From contig OZ244587.1 of the NCBI GenBank assembly GCA_965218095.1, forward strand, positions 1,856,001 through 1,920,000: a stretch of DNA of 64,000 nucleotides, written 5' to 3'. The notes beneath the pieces are model-generated. The model was not told where the DNA came from. It saw only the letters and a program-made list of their open reading frames with translations, and did not search any database. Both the position numbers and the translations under genes were made by a program. Positions 31,602 through 41,111 of this stretch are shown here, one piece after another (positions within the stretch are counted from its first letter, which is position 1; every line of letters begins with the position of its first letter). Source of the DNA: Candidatus Poribacteria bacterium. GTDB taxonomy: Bacteria; Poribacteria; WGA-4E; PCPOR2b.

Positions 31602-32141
31602 CTAATCCCCAAAGAAATAGGACGCCAAGCATGTTGCGAGTTGTCCCCTTGCATGATGGAGACGACTTTTCACCGTCCCCTGCCGGATGCCGAGCCGTTT
31701 GGCAATCTTTTTTTCCGGGAGTTCCTCGACGTAGAATAGCCAGACCACCTGTTGATGAATAAGGGGAAGTTCCGAGATGGCGTCCCGAACGACCGTCAAC
31801 TTTTCTTGAAAGAGGACGTGTGTCTCCGGTGCGCGGGAATCTGATGGTATCTGCCCAGCCTCAAAATTTTCGTCGTCAAGGCTACCGAGTGCATGTCTGG
31901 CAGCAGTGCCTTGACGACGCGACCAGTTCCGAACCACATTTTTGGCAATCTCGTGTAGCCACGCCAGAAACGCCGCTTCGGATCTGTCCCTGACCGTCTC
32001 GCGGTTTTGGTGCGCAATCAGAGCGACTTCGTTGTTGATATCCCTCCGGTCTTCCGGTTGGCTGTGTGTGTAGTAGACGCGACACAGTTCATCAACGAAT
32101 TGTGCAATCTGGGCGTGATATTTTCCGATATCCCTTGCCAC
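31602..32141 (-). CDS. ECF-type RNA polymerase sigma-70 factor
   Basis: FLAWLHEIAKN (region 2); ELP..QQVVWL...IAKRLGIRQGTVKSRLHHAR (region 4). Confidence 0.9.
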   Translation of the reverse strand: MARDIGKYHAQIAQFVDELCRVYYTHSQPEDRRDINNEVALIAHQNRETVRDRSEAAFLAWLHEIAKNVVRNWSRRQGTAARHALGSLDDENFEAGQIPSDSRAPETHVLFQEKLTVVRDAISELPLIHQQVVWLFYVEELPEKKIAKRLGIRQGTVKSRLHHARGQLATCLASYFFGD

Positions 32142-32162
32142 AATCTCCCCCTATCCCTTTAA

Positions 32163-32188
32163 GTGTCGCAGGGGATGAAAAGGTTTAC
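32163..32188 (-). promoter_or_regulatory. Possible ECF-type autoregulatory promoter
   Basis: GTAAACCTTTT...CGACAC about 20 nt upstream of the sigma start; resembles AAC...CG ECF promoters, spacing atypical. Confidence 0.3.
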
Positions 32189-32327
32189 TAGATTTTTCAA
32201 CAATGCTATCGTTTGAGAGTGTAGGAGTTAACGGTCCGCGCAACTCATTATTCCGCAAGACATCTGTCTTCTCGTCCCCATTGAGAGCGTTAAGATTTAC
32301 CAGCCCAACCTAGACTGACACAAGTCC

Positions 32328-32435
32328 CTAGGTTCTGTTGACATTTCATTGGGTAAGGTTATTGGCATCATTCTTCTATTATGCCACAACCTTATATATG
32401 CCACAACCTTATACTCAAATGTCAACAGAACCTAG
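32328..32435 (-). mobile_element. MITE: internal deletion derivative of the resident IS5
   Basis: Both TIRs with CTAG; interior is the IS 5' end with a 17-bp tandem duplication TATGCCACAACCTTATA. Confidence 0.9.
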
Positions 32436-33012
32436 ATAATCAGGGGCATGTGAGCGTGTATTCTAGAAGACAAGGAAGTGTTCGTTGGGGTGCACAAATC
32501 GGCGAACCCTCCGTAAGTGTGCTGACGCTGTAGAACTATACGACATCGAAAATCGAGAATAAACGTGAGTTGCCTGGAGAAGTTTACAAGCTACTCCCCT
32601 CTGCTGACTTGAAAGTGTTTGAACTCCTATTTCTCGATGGACGTCGGATGCTCTTCGAGGTCGTTCCTTAGACATTAACTAGATTGTTCTTTACTGTTTC
32701 ATCAGCTTTCATTTCAAGCATCGTGTCGAATCGCAATAGGTTCAATGACCGGCAAAATTCGTTCGTAATGACAGTAAGTCCTGTGACATTGAAATCAGAA
32801 TCGGATAAACCTTTTAATTCGCCGATGGAAAACGCTAACTACGCGGTTATCATCGATGAAGCAAGCGATTGAGGAAGAACTTATCCTTGATGTCCTGCAA
32901 AATTGCACCACGTACAGGTCGTACTACAAGCTCGCCAAAACTGTTGAGGGCAACCCTGATATAATATCAAGTGGCTGTATTGGAGCAGACACCATCTTCT
33001 AGGCGGATCGAC

Positions 33013-33330
33013 ATGAACAAAACGTGCATTGTCCGATGGACTGATGAGGAACATCAACAATTGAAATAATTCCTCTCCACAGGGCAGGGCTGCTGCCTAT
33101 AAGATTAAACATGCAAACATGTAAAAATCGATGCCAGTGCGACTGGAGCAATCAACAGATACGCAAGCCTTCTCAGACCAACCCAACACTGTAGCGGGCG
33201 TGCGACAGTGATTCGTGCTCGAAGGTCTACAGGATGCTATTAACCGCAAGAAGTGCCAAACACCACACTATCCCCCCAGGCACGGGAGTTGTTTGAACAT
33301 CATGGAAATCGGACTCAGTGTGTTTAACGC
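33013..33330 (+). mobile_element. IS630-family transposase remnant, heavily deleted
   Basis: MNKTCIVRWTDEEHQQL..AYKIKHAN N-terminus and HYPPRHGSCLNIMEIGLS catalytic-region motif. Confidence 0.7.
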
Positions 33331-33404
33331 AACAAAGCCTTTCTTAACTGAACACCGTATATTTAGTTACAAAAAATTTGCTGCATCTCAGGAGAAACTG
33401 GAAC

Positions 33405-34327
33405 ATGAACCTGCAAGAGCGAATGGAATTGGCTGGGCAGTGCCTTCTTGCCTGGCTCGATCCAGAAAAGGAATTCTTACCCGTCGGCGGCTACGAAGTC
33501 GCCCATAACGTGGGACGCTGGTGGGACGCAGTCCTGCGGCTCGAAGATTTTATTGGGTTTGTGATTCCCGCCGAACTAGAGGGGGCGATGCTCAGGAATC
33601 TTCAGCGGCTGACCGACAATCCAGATGGATTGCTCATGAACCGAACCAACACCCCTAGGATTACAGACAAGGCAAAGATTAATTCGCATAACTTCCGGGA
33701 AGCATTTATGGCCTTCAATGTCCTCGTCCGTTACCGCCAGAGTGCGTGGGCTAGGCGCGGGGGCCATCACCTCCTCGAAACTATGACCGGTGTTTGTGTG
33801 ACAACGGTCATTTTGACTTTGCAAAATTGCGTTGTTGGGGCCGAGTCCCCTTCACCGATGACCCATCGCATACGGAAACGGAACGCAATGGCTAGTTCGA
33901 CGGCACAGCCACTACTGGTCGCAGCTTGGAGGCGCCTGTTTGGTTTTTCGAGACCACGGGCGATGCCCTGGCTCTTGATGTGGCCCAGCGCATCGTACGG
34001 CATCACCTGATTCATTTGACAAATACGGACGGCTCCATGCGACAAGAGATCATCCATCCCGAAAATATTGGGCACAGCCATTCTTTTCAAGGAACGCTCC
34101 GCGGACTCTTGCTGTTTGGCCTGCTAAGCGGACAGAGGAAATACGTGCAGGAAGAGATGCCCTTCTCGGGCCAGCAGTACAGCTTCAAATGGCGTGGCGA
34201 CGAGATTGTGGAAGTATATTCCCACGAAGGACCGCTGCCATTTTATCCAGCGCTGTCAGATATCCTGACCAATGCGAACAAAACGCTCCAGCGGACGAAA
34301 CCCCTCCTTCGCGCAAAGCGTCGGTGA
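33405..34327 (+). pseudogene. Hypothetical protein, frameshifted and probably internally deleted
   Basis: AGGAG RBS and MNLQERMELAG; coding-like sequence continues across frames in ORFs 33378-34010 and 33926-34327. Confidence 0.55.
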
Positions 34328-34365
34328 GGCAGGGAAGGCCACGACGCTGAGCTTTGTCGTTACGT
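34273..34365 (+). other. Integron attC-like recombination site
   Basis: GCGAAC-N5-GCTCCAGCG ... CGCTGAGC-N6-GTTACGT: R''/L''/L'/R' boxes with one unpaired base. Confidence 0.7.
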
Positions 34366-34367
34366 AT

Positions 34368-34597
34368 CACCATTTTCCGCCGTTTTCCCCGTGGAGACTC
34401 CTCACTGCCTAATCAAGCTCTTCTCTTTCTACGATGAAACCGCCTTCGACCCCTTTGGTGGTATAGGTACGGCAGCAATCGCCGCGATAGAATTGGGACG
34501 GCGGAGAATTTGCTTTGAGCAGAATCCCGACTCCGTGACAATCATTCAGGACGGCTACGCTGTACCTCGTAACTACCAATGTGGACTAGCACACTGA
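34368..34597 (+). pseudogene. C-terminal fragment of an N4/N6 DNA methyltransferase
   Basis: FPVETPHCLIKLFSF..DPFGGIGT..AAIELGRRRICFE (SAM-binding motif I). Confidence 0.7.
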
Positions 34598-34783
34598 GCA
34601 CGAATTGCTAACTTTCCACTGGCTGCGGATTTCTCAACCTTCTGCAAGATATTGGCTTTGTACTTGATTGAATGTTAGGAATGTAACTGTGACGGAGAAA
34701 ACCTCCAGTGTTCGAGGTGAGTGCATTGTAGACAAACTCAAAATCCGTCTAAAGTATCGTTGGGGCGGTATAGGGAAGCCAAC

Positions 34784-36880
34784 TCAATTTGTCATCGCTC
34801 GTGTTGCATTCATGACCGCAATCAGCGCCACGCCCATATCCGCAAACACAGCTCCCCACATCGTTGCAATCCCCACAAGACCCAGTATGATGAACACGGC
34901 TTTGATCGCAAAAGCTAGACCGATATTCTCCCAGACAATTCTGCGAGTTTTCCTGCCGACTTCTATCGCTTCGGCGACTTTTGAAGGCGCATCAGTCATG
35001 ATGACGACATCGGCAGTGTCTATTGCTGCATCGGAACCAACACCACCCATTGCGATGCCGACATCGGCTCTGGAAATGACAGGGGCATCGTTAATCCCAT
35101 CGCCGACGAAGGCAATCTTATCGCCCTTTTGTGCGTTGCCAATCAGTTCCTCGATAGCACTCACCTTATCTTCGGGGAGTAACTCGGCAAGGGTATCGTC
35201 CAAACCCAGTTTTTGGGCGATACGCTCGGCGGCGGGTTGGTTATCTCCAGTCAACATAATGGTATGTTCAACGCCAAGCCGCTTCAGGGCTTCAATCGCC
35301 TCTACCGTATCTTCCTTGATTTCGTCTGCGATGACAATATACCCCGCGTAGCGGTTATCGACAGCGAAATGAACGACGGTCCCATTGACCTTGCAAATGT
35401 CGTGGTCAATGGCGTTTTCATGCAGCAGGGCGTCATTTCCTGCTAGAATCACTCGATTTTCTACTGTTGCACAGATTCCACGTCCTGAGATTTCTTTGTA
35501 GTCTTCAACGGCAGCAGCGTTTACGTCATCATCGTATGCTTCCTGAATGGATTGGGCAATAGGGTGATTAGAATGCGATTCGACAGTTGCCGCAAGACGA
35601 AGGAGTTCTTCTTCGGTGAAACTGTTCTTCGGAACGATTTCCGTCACCCGAAACACGCCTTTTGTCAGTGTGCCGGTCTTGTCGAAAACGACAGTCTTGA
35701 CTTTGGTGAGAACGTCCAAAAAGTTGGAACCTTTGATCAAAATCCCCCGCCGGGACGCCCCACCGATGCCGCCGAAGTAACCGAGCGGAATGCTCACGAC
35801 CAGGGCACAGGGGCAGGAGATGACCAGAAGTACAAGCGCGCGATAAATCCACGTGGAGAAACTCACGCCTGCAATCAGCGGCGGAAGCAGCGCGACAGCG
35901 AGTGCGCTGAAAACGACAACGGGTGTGTAGTATCGCGCAAACGTCGTAATAAATTTCTCTGTCTCCGCCTTTTTGCTAACCGCATTGTCCACAAGATCCA
36001 AAATCTTGGCAATCGAAGATTCCGCAAACGCCTTAGTGACTTTGACCGTGAGCGTTCCCGTTTTGTTAATCGTGGCAGCTAAAACGGGTTCGCCCGCTTC
36101 TACAGTTCGCGGCACTGGTTCTCCGGTCAGTGCAGAAGTATCCACCTGCGAACTTCCTGCGATAATTTCACCGTCTAGCGGAATTCTTTCACCCGCCTTG
36201 ACCAGAATCGTATCTCCAATCCCTACTTCTTGCGGGGAGACGTTTCGCAGTTCTCCGTCAACCATTAAGTTAGCAGAGTCGGGGCGGATTTCCATTAGAG
36301 ACTTAATAGCTCTTCGTGAGCGGCTAACGGAAAGGTCTTGGAAGAACTCACCAACCTGATAAAACAGCATTACCGTGACAGCTTCAGGGAGTTCATGGAT
36401 CGCAATTGCACCGAGGGTTGCAACGGTCATCAGGAAGTTTTCATCGAACACCTTCCCACGAAAGACATTCCGTCTTGCGCTCGACAGTACGGTCCACCCG
36501 CTTAGCAGATAGGCAGGGATAAAGACGAAGTATTCGCCGAGACCGTGGAGAGTTGTGTGAAGCCTGCTGTTAAAAATCAAACCCAATAACAACAGCGTAG
36601 CAGTAACCCCAATCGGCGCGAGTTTGCGCTTTATGCTGAATGCTTTGCTTTCGTGTGTGTGGTGATGGTCGTCGCCACCTACCTGAACTATTTCAACATT
36701 AGGTTCCACCTGTTTAATGACACGACGGGCGGCTTCAATTTCATCGGTGTCAAGATATAATGTGGAGACAGCAAAGTTCAGCGAAACGTATCGGGTGCCT
36801 TCTAGTCCTTTGAGGTTTTCCTCAATCTCCGCCGCGCAGTTCGGACAGTCCAATCCTTTTAATTGGTATTTCAACATCAC
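34784..36880 (-). CDS. cadA: Cd/Zn-translocating P1B-type ATPase
   Basis: GLDCPNC HMA domain, His patch, LTGE, SCPC, FDKTGT, HP, GDGINDAP. Confidence 0.92.
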   Translation of the reverse strand: MMLKYQLKGLDCPNCAAEIEENLKGLEGTRYVSLNFAVSTLYLDTDEIEAARRVIKQVEPNVEIVQVGGDDHHHTHESKAFSIKRKLAPIGVTATLLLLGLIFNSRLHTTLHGLGEYFVFIPAYLLSGWTVLSSARRNVFRGKVFDENFLMTVATLGAIAIHELPEAVTVMLFYQVGEFFQDLSVSRSRRAIKSLMEIRPDSANLMVDGELRNVSPQEVGIGDTILVKAGERIPLDGEIIAGSSQVDTSALTGEPVPRTVEAGEPVLAATINKTGTLTVKVTKAFAESSIAKILDLVDNAVSKKAETEKFITTFARYYTPVVVFSALAVALLPPLIAGVSFSTWIYRALVLLVISCPCALVVSIPLGYFGGIGGASRRGILIKGSNFLDVLTKVKTVVFDKTGTLTKGVFRVTEIVPKNSFTEEELLRLAATVESHSNHPIAQSIQEAYDDDVNAAAVEDYKEISGRGICATVENRVILAGNDALLHENAIDHDICKVNGTVVHFAVDNRYAGYIVIADEIKEDTVEAIEALKRLGVEHTIMLTGDNQPAAERIAQKLGLDDTLAELLPEDKVSAIEELIGNAQKGDKIAFVGDGINDAPVISRADVGIAMGGVGSDAAIDTADVVIMTDAPSKVAEAIEVGRKTRRIVWENIGLAFAIKAVFIILGLVGIATMWGAVFADMGVALIAVMNATRAMTN

Positions 36881-36907
36881 GTTTCCTCTCTGTCCAGTGA
36901 AGAAGGG

Positions 36908-37549
36908 TCAACAGATGAAATAAGCGAATATACCCAAAACAACCAGCACAGCACCGGTGATTCCCCGCTCATGGTGTTCCAGAAAATGGGAGCGGATCTT
37001 CTCGATTCCCCTTCGTCCCAAATCAACCAGCAGCAGCATGCCGAGCACTGTCACGACGAGGTAAATAATCGAAACAGCGCCGATGCCGAACCATCCCAAA
37101 GCGCTTGCCGAAAAATAGTAGGCCTCAATCTCAAGGCACGGCGAAAAGAACATCGCGGCGGTCAACGAGGTAATGATAGCGACCTTCGATTTCCGCGAGA
37201 TTTTGCCGCTGTCCACATGATGGTGATGATAATGGTGTCCGTGGTTATCTTTGAAATCTAGGCTGAGATAAATCACACCCAAACCCAATAAAATTGAAGA
37301 CGCCACGATGTGCGTAAAAACCTCGTAAGATTCAGAAAGTTTGTGGCCGATGAACCCGACAACAATCCCAATGAGAATTGTGCTCAGCGAATGAGCAATC
37401 CCGGTGATGGCTGTCACACCCAGTGTTTCTCGACGTGACCACTGTTCTGTCTTGCTGGTAGCAACCAACGGAATCCAATGGTTGGGTATCGCAGCGTGAA
37501 TAACGCTTAACAAAAAGCTGCTCGTGAGAACCTGTATAATGCCTCCCAT
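36908..37549 (-). CDS. His-rich Ni/Co transporter-like membrane protein (RcnA/HoxN-like)
   Basis: IHAAIPNHW, GIAH, HGHHYHHHH loop, SPC, about 6 TM helices. Confidence 0.7.
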   Translation of the reverse strand: MGGIIQVLTSSFLLSVIHAAIPNHWIPLVATSKTEQWSRRETLGVTAITGIAHSLSTILIGIVVGFIGHKLSESYEVFTHIVASSILLGLGVIYLSLDFKDNHGHHYHHHHVDSGKISRKSKVAIITSLTAAMFFSPCLEIEAYYFSASALGWFGIGAVSIIYLVVTVLGMLLLVDLGRRGIEKIRSHFLEHHERGITGAVLVVLGIFAYFIC

Positions 37550-37908
37550 CTCTGTTCTCCGTATTCATCCATAGTTGTTAAGGAAACGAAGGGTCCTACG
37601 ACCTCCCTGAACCCTTGGGAATGGCAACCACTGACCCGCATATCGTTCGCGGTGCTTTTACCGATGAACTATCTGAGAAATGCGGAATCTTCAACACCGC
37701 GATCATGTTTATATGTGCCACCCATCGATTTCCTATTTTTGCAAACACTGATTGGAGGGTTGACCTAACCCCACTTGTAGGAATAGTATATACAATCTAA
37801 AGAAATCCGGCAACCCTTTTTGTGACGAACGAGAAATCCCTCGCAGACTCACATACTCCCCATCTTCCTGCTCAATCCGATCATCATCGGTGCGGAAGAA
37901 ATAATCTC

Positions 37909-37937
37909 TTGACAAGATTTCTTGTTTTTGCTACAGT
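37909..37937 (+). promoter_or_regulatory. sigma70 promoter upstream of the J-domain/ndk genes
   Basis: TTGACA-N17-TACAGT. Confidence 0.65.
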
Positions 37938-38084
37938 AGAAATATATATGCAATGTGCCATAACATCGCCATAATAGACACTTGGGGGTGCTATTGCTGC
38001 GCTCCAGTGGATTGCTTCAAATGGCACACATTTTGCCCATGCAACCGGTGATGGATTCATATCACATTCGAGGAGGAAAATCAG

Positions 38085-38951
38085 ATGCGAGAAAGAGATT
38101 ATTATGAAGTGCTTGGTGTGAGCCGAAACGCATCTCCGGAGGAAATTAAACGCGCGTACCGCAAGATTGCAATGAAGTATCATCCTGACAAAAATCCGGA
38201 GGATAAGGCGGCGGAGGAAAAATTTAAGGAAGCCTCTAATGCATATCAGGTGTTGTCGGACCCGGAGAAGCGGAAAATTTATGACCTGCGGGGACATGCG
38301 GGAGTCCACGATGCTGGATTTCAAGGGTTCACAAATTTTGAGGATATTTTTGCCAATTTCGGAGATGTTTTCGGTCGAGAAATTTTTGGAGATTTTGGCG
38401 ATGTATTTGGAGATGTATTCACCCGGCAGGGCCCCGGCGGTTTCGGGACACAGCGTGGAGGTGATCTGCAAACAAAACTGACCATTCCTTTCGAGGAATC
38501 TGTATTCGGCGCTGAAAAACGTATCCAGGTAAACAATAGAGCCCTCACCATTAAAATTCCACCGGGTATTAAAGATGGACAAACGCTGCGCCTTAGCGGT
38601 CAAGGTGAGCCCACCGTGGGTGGAAGGCGTGGATCATTGCTTGTGACAATCTCCGTTCAGCCGCACCCAAATTTTCAGCGGGAAGGTTTGGATCTCGTGA
38701 CCCAGGCGTCGGTTCCTTTCACGCTTACCGCTTTGGGTGGAAAAATCCGTGTCTCAACGCTGAAGGGACATGTGCAGCTAAACATCCCAGCAGGAACGCA
38801 GCCGGGGCAGCAATTAAGATTGCGTGGACAAGGCATGACCGATGCGTCCAGGCGCAGAGGCGATCTTCGTGTACAGATTAAGGTCGAAATCCCACATTCC
38901 TTGACAAGAAAACAGAAGGAATTGTTGGAAGAATTTGAAAAGACCTTGTAA
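38085..38951 (+). CDS. DnaJ-class chaperone without zinc finger (CbpA-like)
   Basis: [15 protein letters not shown]-rich region, DnaJ C-terminal domains; no CxxCxGxG. Confidence 0.92.
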   Translation: MRERDYYEVLGVSRNASPEEIKRAYRKIAMKYHPDKNPEDKAAEEKFKEASNAYQVLSDPEKRKIYDLRGHAGVHDAGFQGFTNFEDIFANFGDVFGREIFGDFGDVFGDVFTRQGPGGFGTQRGGDLQTKLTIPFEESVFGAEKRIQVNNRALTIKIPPGIKDGQTLRLSGQGEPTVGGRRGSLLVTISVQPHPNFQREGLDLVTQASVPFTLTALGGKIRVSTLKGHVQLNIPAGTQPGQQLRLRGQGMTDASRRRGDLRVQIKVEIPHSLTRKQKELLEEFEKTL

Positions 38952-39022
38952 GTGGGAAGAATGAGTTAAGGGCTAGAATTACCAAACGCATTGCGCACTA
39001 TTTTCGTTAAGTAGGAGGCCAA

Positions 39023-39487
39023 ATGGAACAAGAAAGAACGTTAGTTCTGATTAAACCGGATGGTGTTCAGCGTAGGTTAATCGGCGAAATCATCGCCCGT
39101 TTTGAACGCAAAGGACTTAAACTGATTGGGCTAAAATTACTCAAACTTCCCCGTGAGCGAGCGGAGGCACTCTATGCACCACATCACGGGAAGTTTTTTT
39201 ATGACTACCTGATTCAATTCATGACATCGACGCCGATTGTGGCAATTGCCCTTCACGGGAGGAATGCGATTTCGCTCGTCCGGATGTTAATCGGTGCGAC
39301 GAAACCGACTGAGTCTGAACCCGGCAGCATTCGGGGCGATTTCTCGATTGACATCACCCATAACGTCGTCCATGCATCTGATTCCCCTGAGAACGCCCAA
39401 CGGGAGCTAGACATTTTGTTCAATCCGAGTGAGCTCTTTGAATATCAGCGGATCGATGAAGCGATTCTGTATAGTCCGGAGATGTAA
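39023..39487 (+). CDS. ndk: Nucleoside diphosphate kinase
   Basis: ERTLVLIKPDGVQR, PGSIRGDF, NVVHASDS. Confidence 0.97.
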   Translation: MEQERTLVLIKPDGVQRRLIGEIIARFERKGLKLIGLKLLKLPRERAEALYAPHHGKFFYDYLIQFMTSTPIVAIALHGRNAISLVRMLIGATKPTESEPGSIRGDFSIDITHNVVHASDSPENAQRELDILFNPSELFEYQRIDEAILYSPEM

Positions 39488-39751
39488 CAGCATCTCGCGG
39501 ACATAACGATTGAGGATTCTTGCGGTGGTTTCATTGAAACCACCTTCTCGTCTATGCGTTTTTTCTAAAGAACTCATGGCGGGTAGTTTCTTGGAAGTCT
39601 AATAGAGCGCAGCGAGGAATCCCCCCGTTAAGGTGCAAGAGATGCTTCCCTTCGTTGAGGCTGACGGGAAAAGCGCGCGTTTTACTCGCTATAAGTTCAA
39701 ATACATCTTCGGCTCAATGTATCCGAAATTCTACACAAAAGGGCAAAAACA

Positions 39752-40240
39752 ATGATCAAATTTGCACGCATGATAGTCATTTCCTCATACATGATTTTAC
39801 TGAGTTTTCTTATCTGGTTGCTCAGTTGTGGTGGTAGCAGCATTGAAAATCCGGTCCGCGGATCCGAGGAAATCGACGAAACGCTATCACAGGTGGATCA
39901 GCAGATACAATCCCTCAATGTCAATGTTGAGGTGAGCAAAACTACCGTCCAAGCGAGTGAAACAGTGGAAATGATGGCAACAGTTGACGAAATTCGAGGG
40001 ACAAACATCATCTTTAATTGGGTCAACACAACAGGTTATGGTATACTGAACCCCACAAACCAAAACACGGCGACCTGGACCGCCCCGAAAACGTTAGACA
40101 CGGTTGAAGTCAGAGTTGAAATTCTCCAGCTCATTGTCACAGCAATTAGCCAGGTAGTTTCAGTCAAAGAATCGGGGGTGGATACAGATACGGAAGTTCT
40201 GACAGCAACCAAAACCATACTACTCACAGTCACAAATTGA
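39752..40240 (+). CDS. Putative lipoprotein
   Basis: Hydrophobic N-terminus with lipobox LLSC; Ig-like ATWTAP. Confidence 0.65.
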   Translation: MIKFARMIVISSYMILLSFLIWLLSCGGSSIENPVRGSEEIDETLSQVDQQIQSLNVNVEVSKTTVQASETVEMMATVDEIRGTNIIFNWVNTTGYGILNPTNQNTATWTAPKTLDTVEVRVEILQLIVTAISQVVSVKESGVDTDTEVLTATKTILLTVTN

Positions 40241-40256
40241 TTCGGGAGAGTGATAG

Positions 40257-41111
40257 ATGACCGCATGTCCACCGGATGGTAGTCTCTACCCACGATGGCG
40301 TTTTTTTATCGCAAAAGCACAATATGTCGTAACCCTGCTCATCTTTATCTGCCTTTTGACGACAGATGCAGCCGTTGCCTCAACGAAAGCGTGGGGCTTA
40401 TGGCATCGTGTCCGTAAAGGGGATACTGTGTGGGAAATTGCGAATAAGTATCAGGTTTCCATTCGGTCAATCCTTCGGGCGAACCAGATTGCGTCTGCAC
40501 GCCGCCTTTCCATTGGGAAAAAGTTATTCATTCCTGGTGTTGTTTCCTCGCAACAGATCGATGGGACCTGGCATAGAATCAAAAGTGGGGATACTCTGTG
40601 GGCGTTTGCCCGAAAACACCACGTCTCAGTGAAAAGTCTGATGCATGTCAATAACTTGAAGTCTTCCACCACGCTTCAAGTGAACAAGACAATCTTCATT
40701 CCCAATCCCGGTGCAACAGGTTTCACTGCGCCATTGCGTGTTCCATTGATAGTGACCTCCGATTACGGCTATCGTTGGCACCCAATCAGCGGAAAGCGGC
40801 GGTTTCATCACGGCGTCGATTTCCGAGTAAAACGGCGATACCGTGTCTATGCATCAAAAGTGGGAACAGTTGTTCGTGCAGGGTGGTATGGTGGATACGG
40901 AAACGTCGTTGTTATTAAGCATACTGGTGGGTACACAACATGGTATGGACACCTGTCTACCATTCGGATCAAAGTTGGTCAAAAAGTAAGGCGCGGACAA
41001 GTTGTCGGTTTATCTGGGAGGAGTGGCCATGCAACAGGACCCCATCTGCACTTTGAAATTCGATGGAAAGGTAAAAGCGTCCATCCCGCTAACTACCTCC
41101 GGATGCCGTAG
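40257..41111 (+). CDS. LysM x2 plus M23 peptidase (peptidoglycan DD-endopeptidase)
   Basis: HRVRKGDTVWEIA, KSGDTLW; HHGVD, YGH, GPHLHFE. Confidence 0.93.
   Translation: MTACPPDGSLYPRWRFFIAKAQYVVTLLIFICLLTTDAAVASTKAWGLWHRVRKGDTVWEIANKYQVSIRSILRANQIASARRLSIGKKLFIPGVVSSQQIDGTWHRIKSGDTLWAFARKHHVSVKSLMHVNNLKSSTTLQVNKTIFIPNPGATGFTAPLRVPLIVTSDYGYRWHPISGKRRFHHGVDFRVKRRYRVYASKVGTVVRAGWYGGYGNVVVIKHTGGYTTWYGHLSTIRIKVGQKVRRGQVVGLSGRSGHATGPHLHFEIRWKGKSVHPANYLRMP

Noticed and set aside
37550-37800. Metal or cobalamin riboswitch upstream of the Ni/Co transporter and cadA
   Set aside because: No recognisable aptamer motifs on the minus strand.
37940-38084. CIRCE operator upstream of the J-domain gene
   Set aside because: No TTAGCACTC-N9-GAGTGCTAA match; only a short TGTGCCAT/ATGGCACA inverted repeat.
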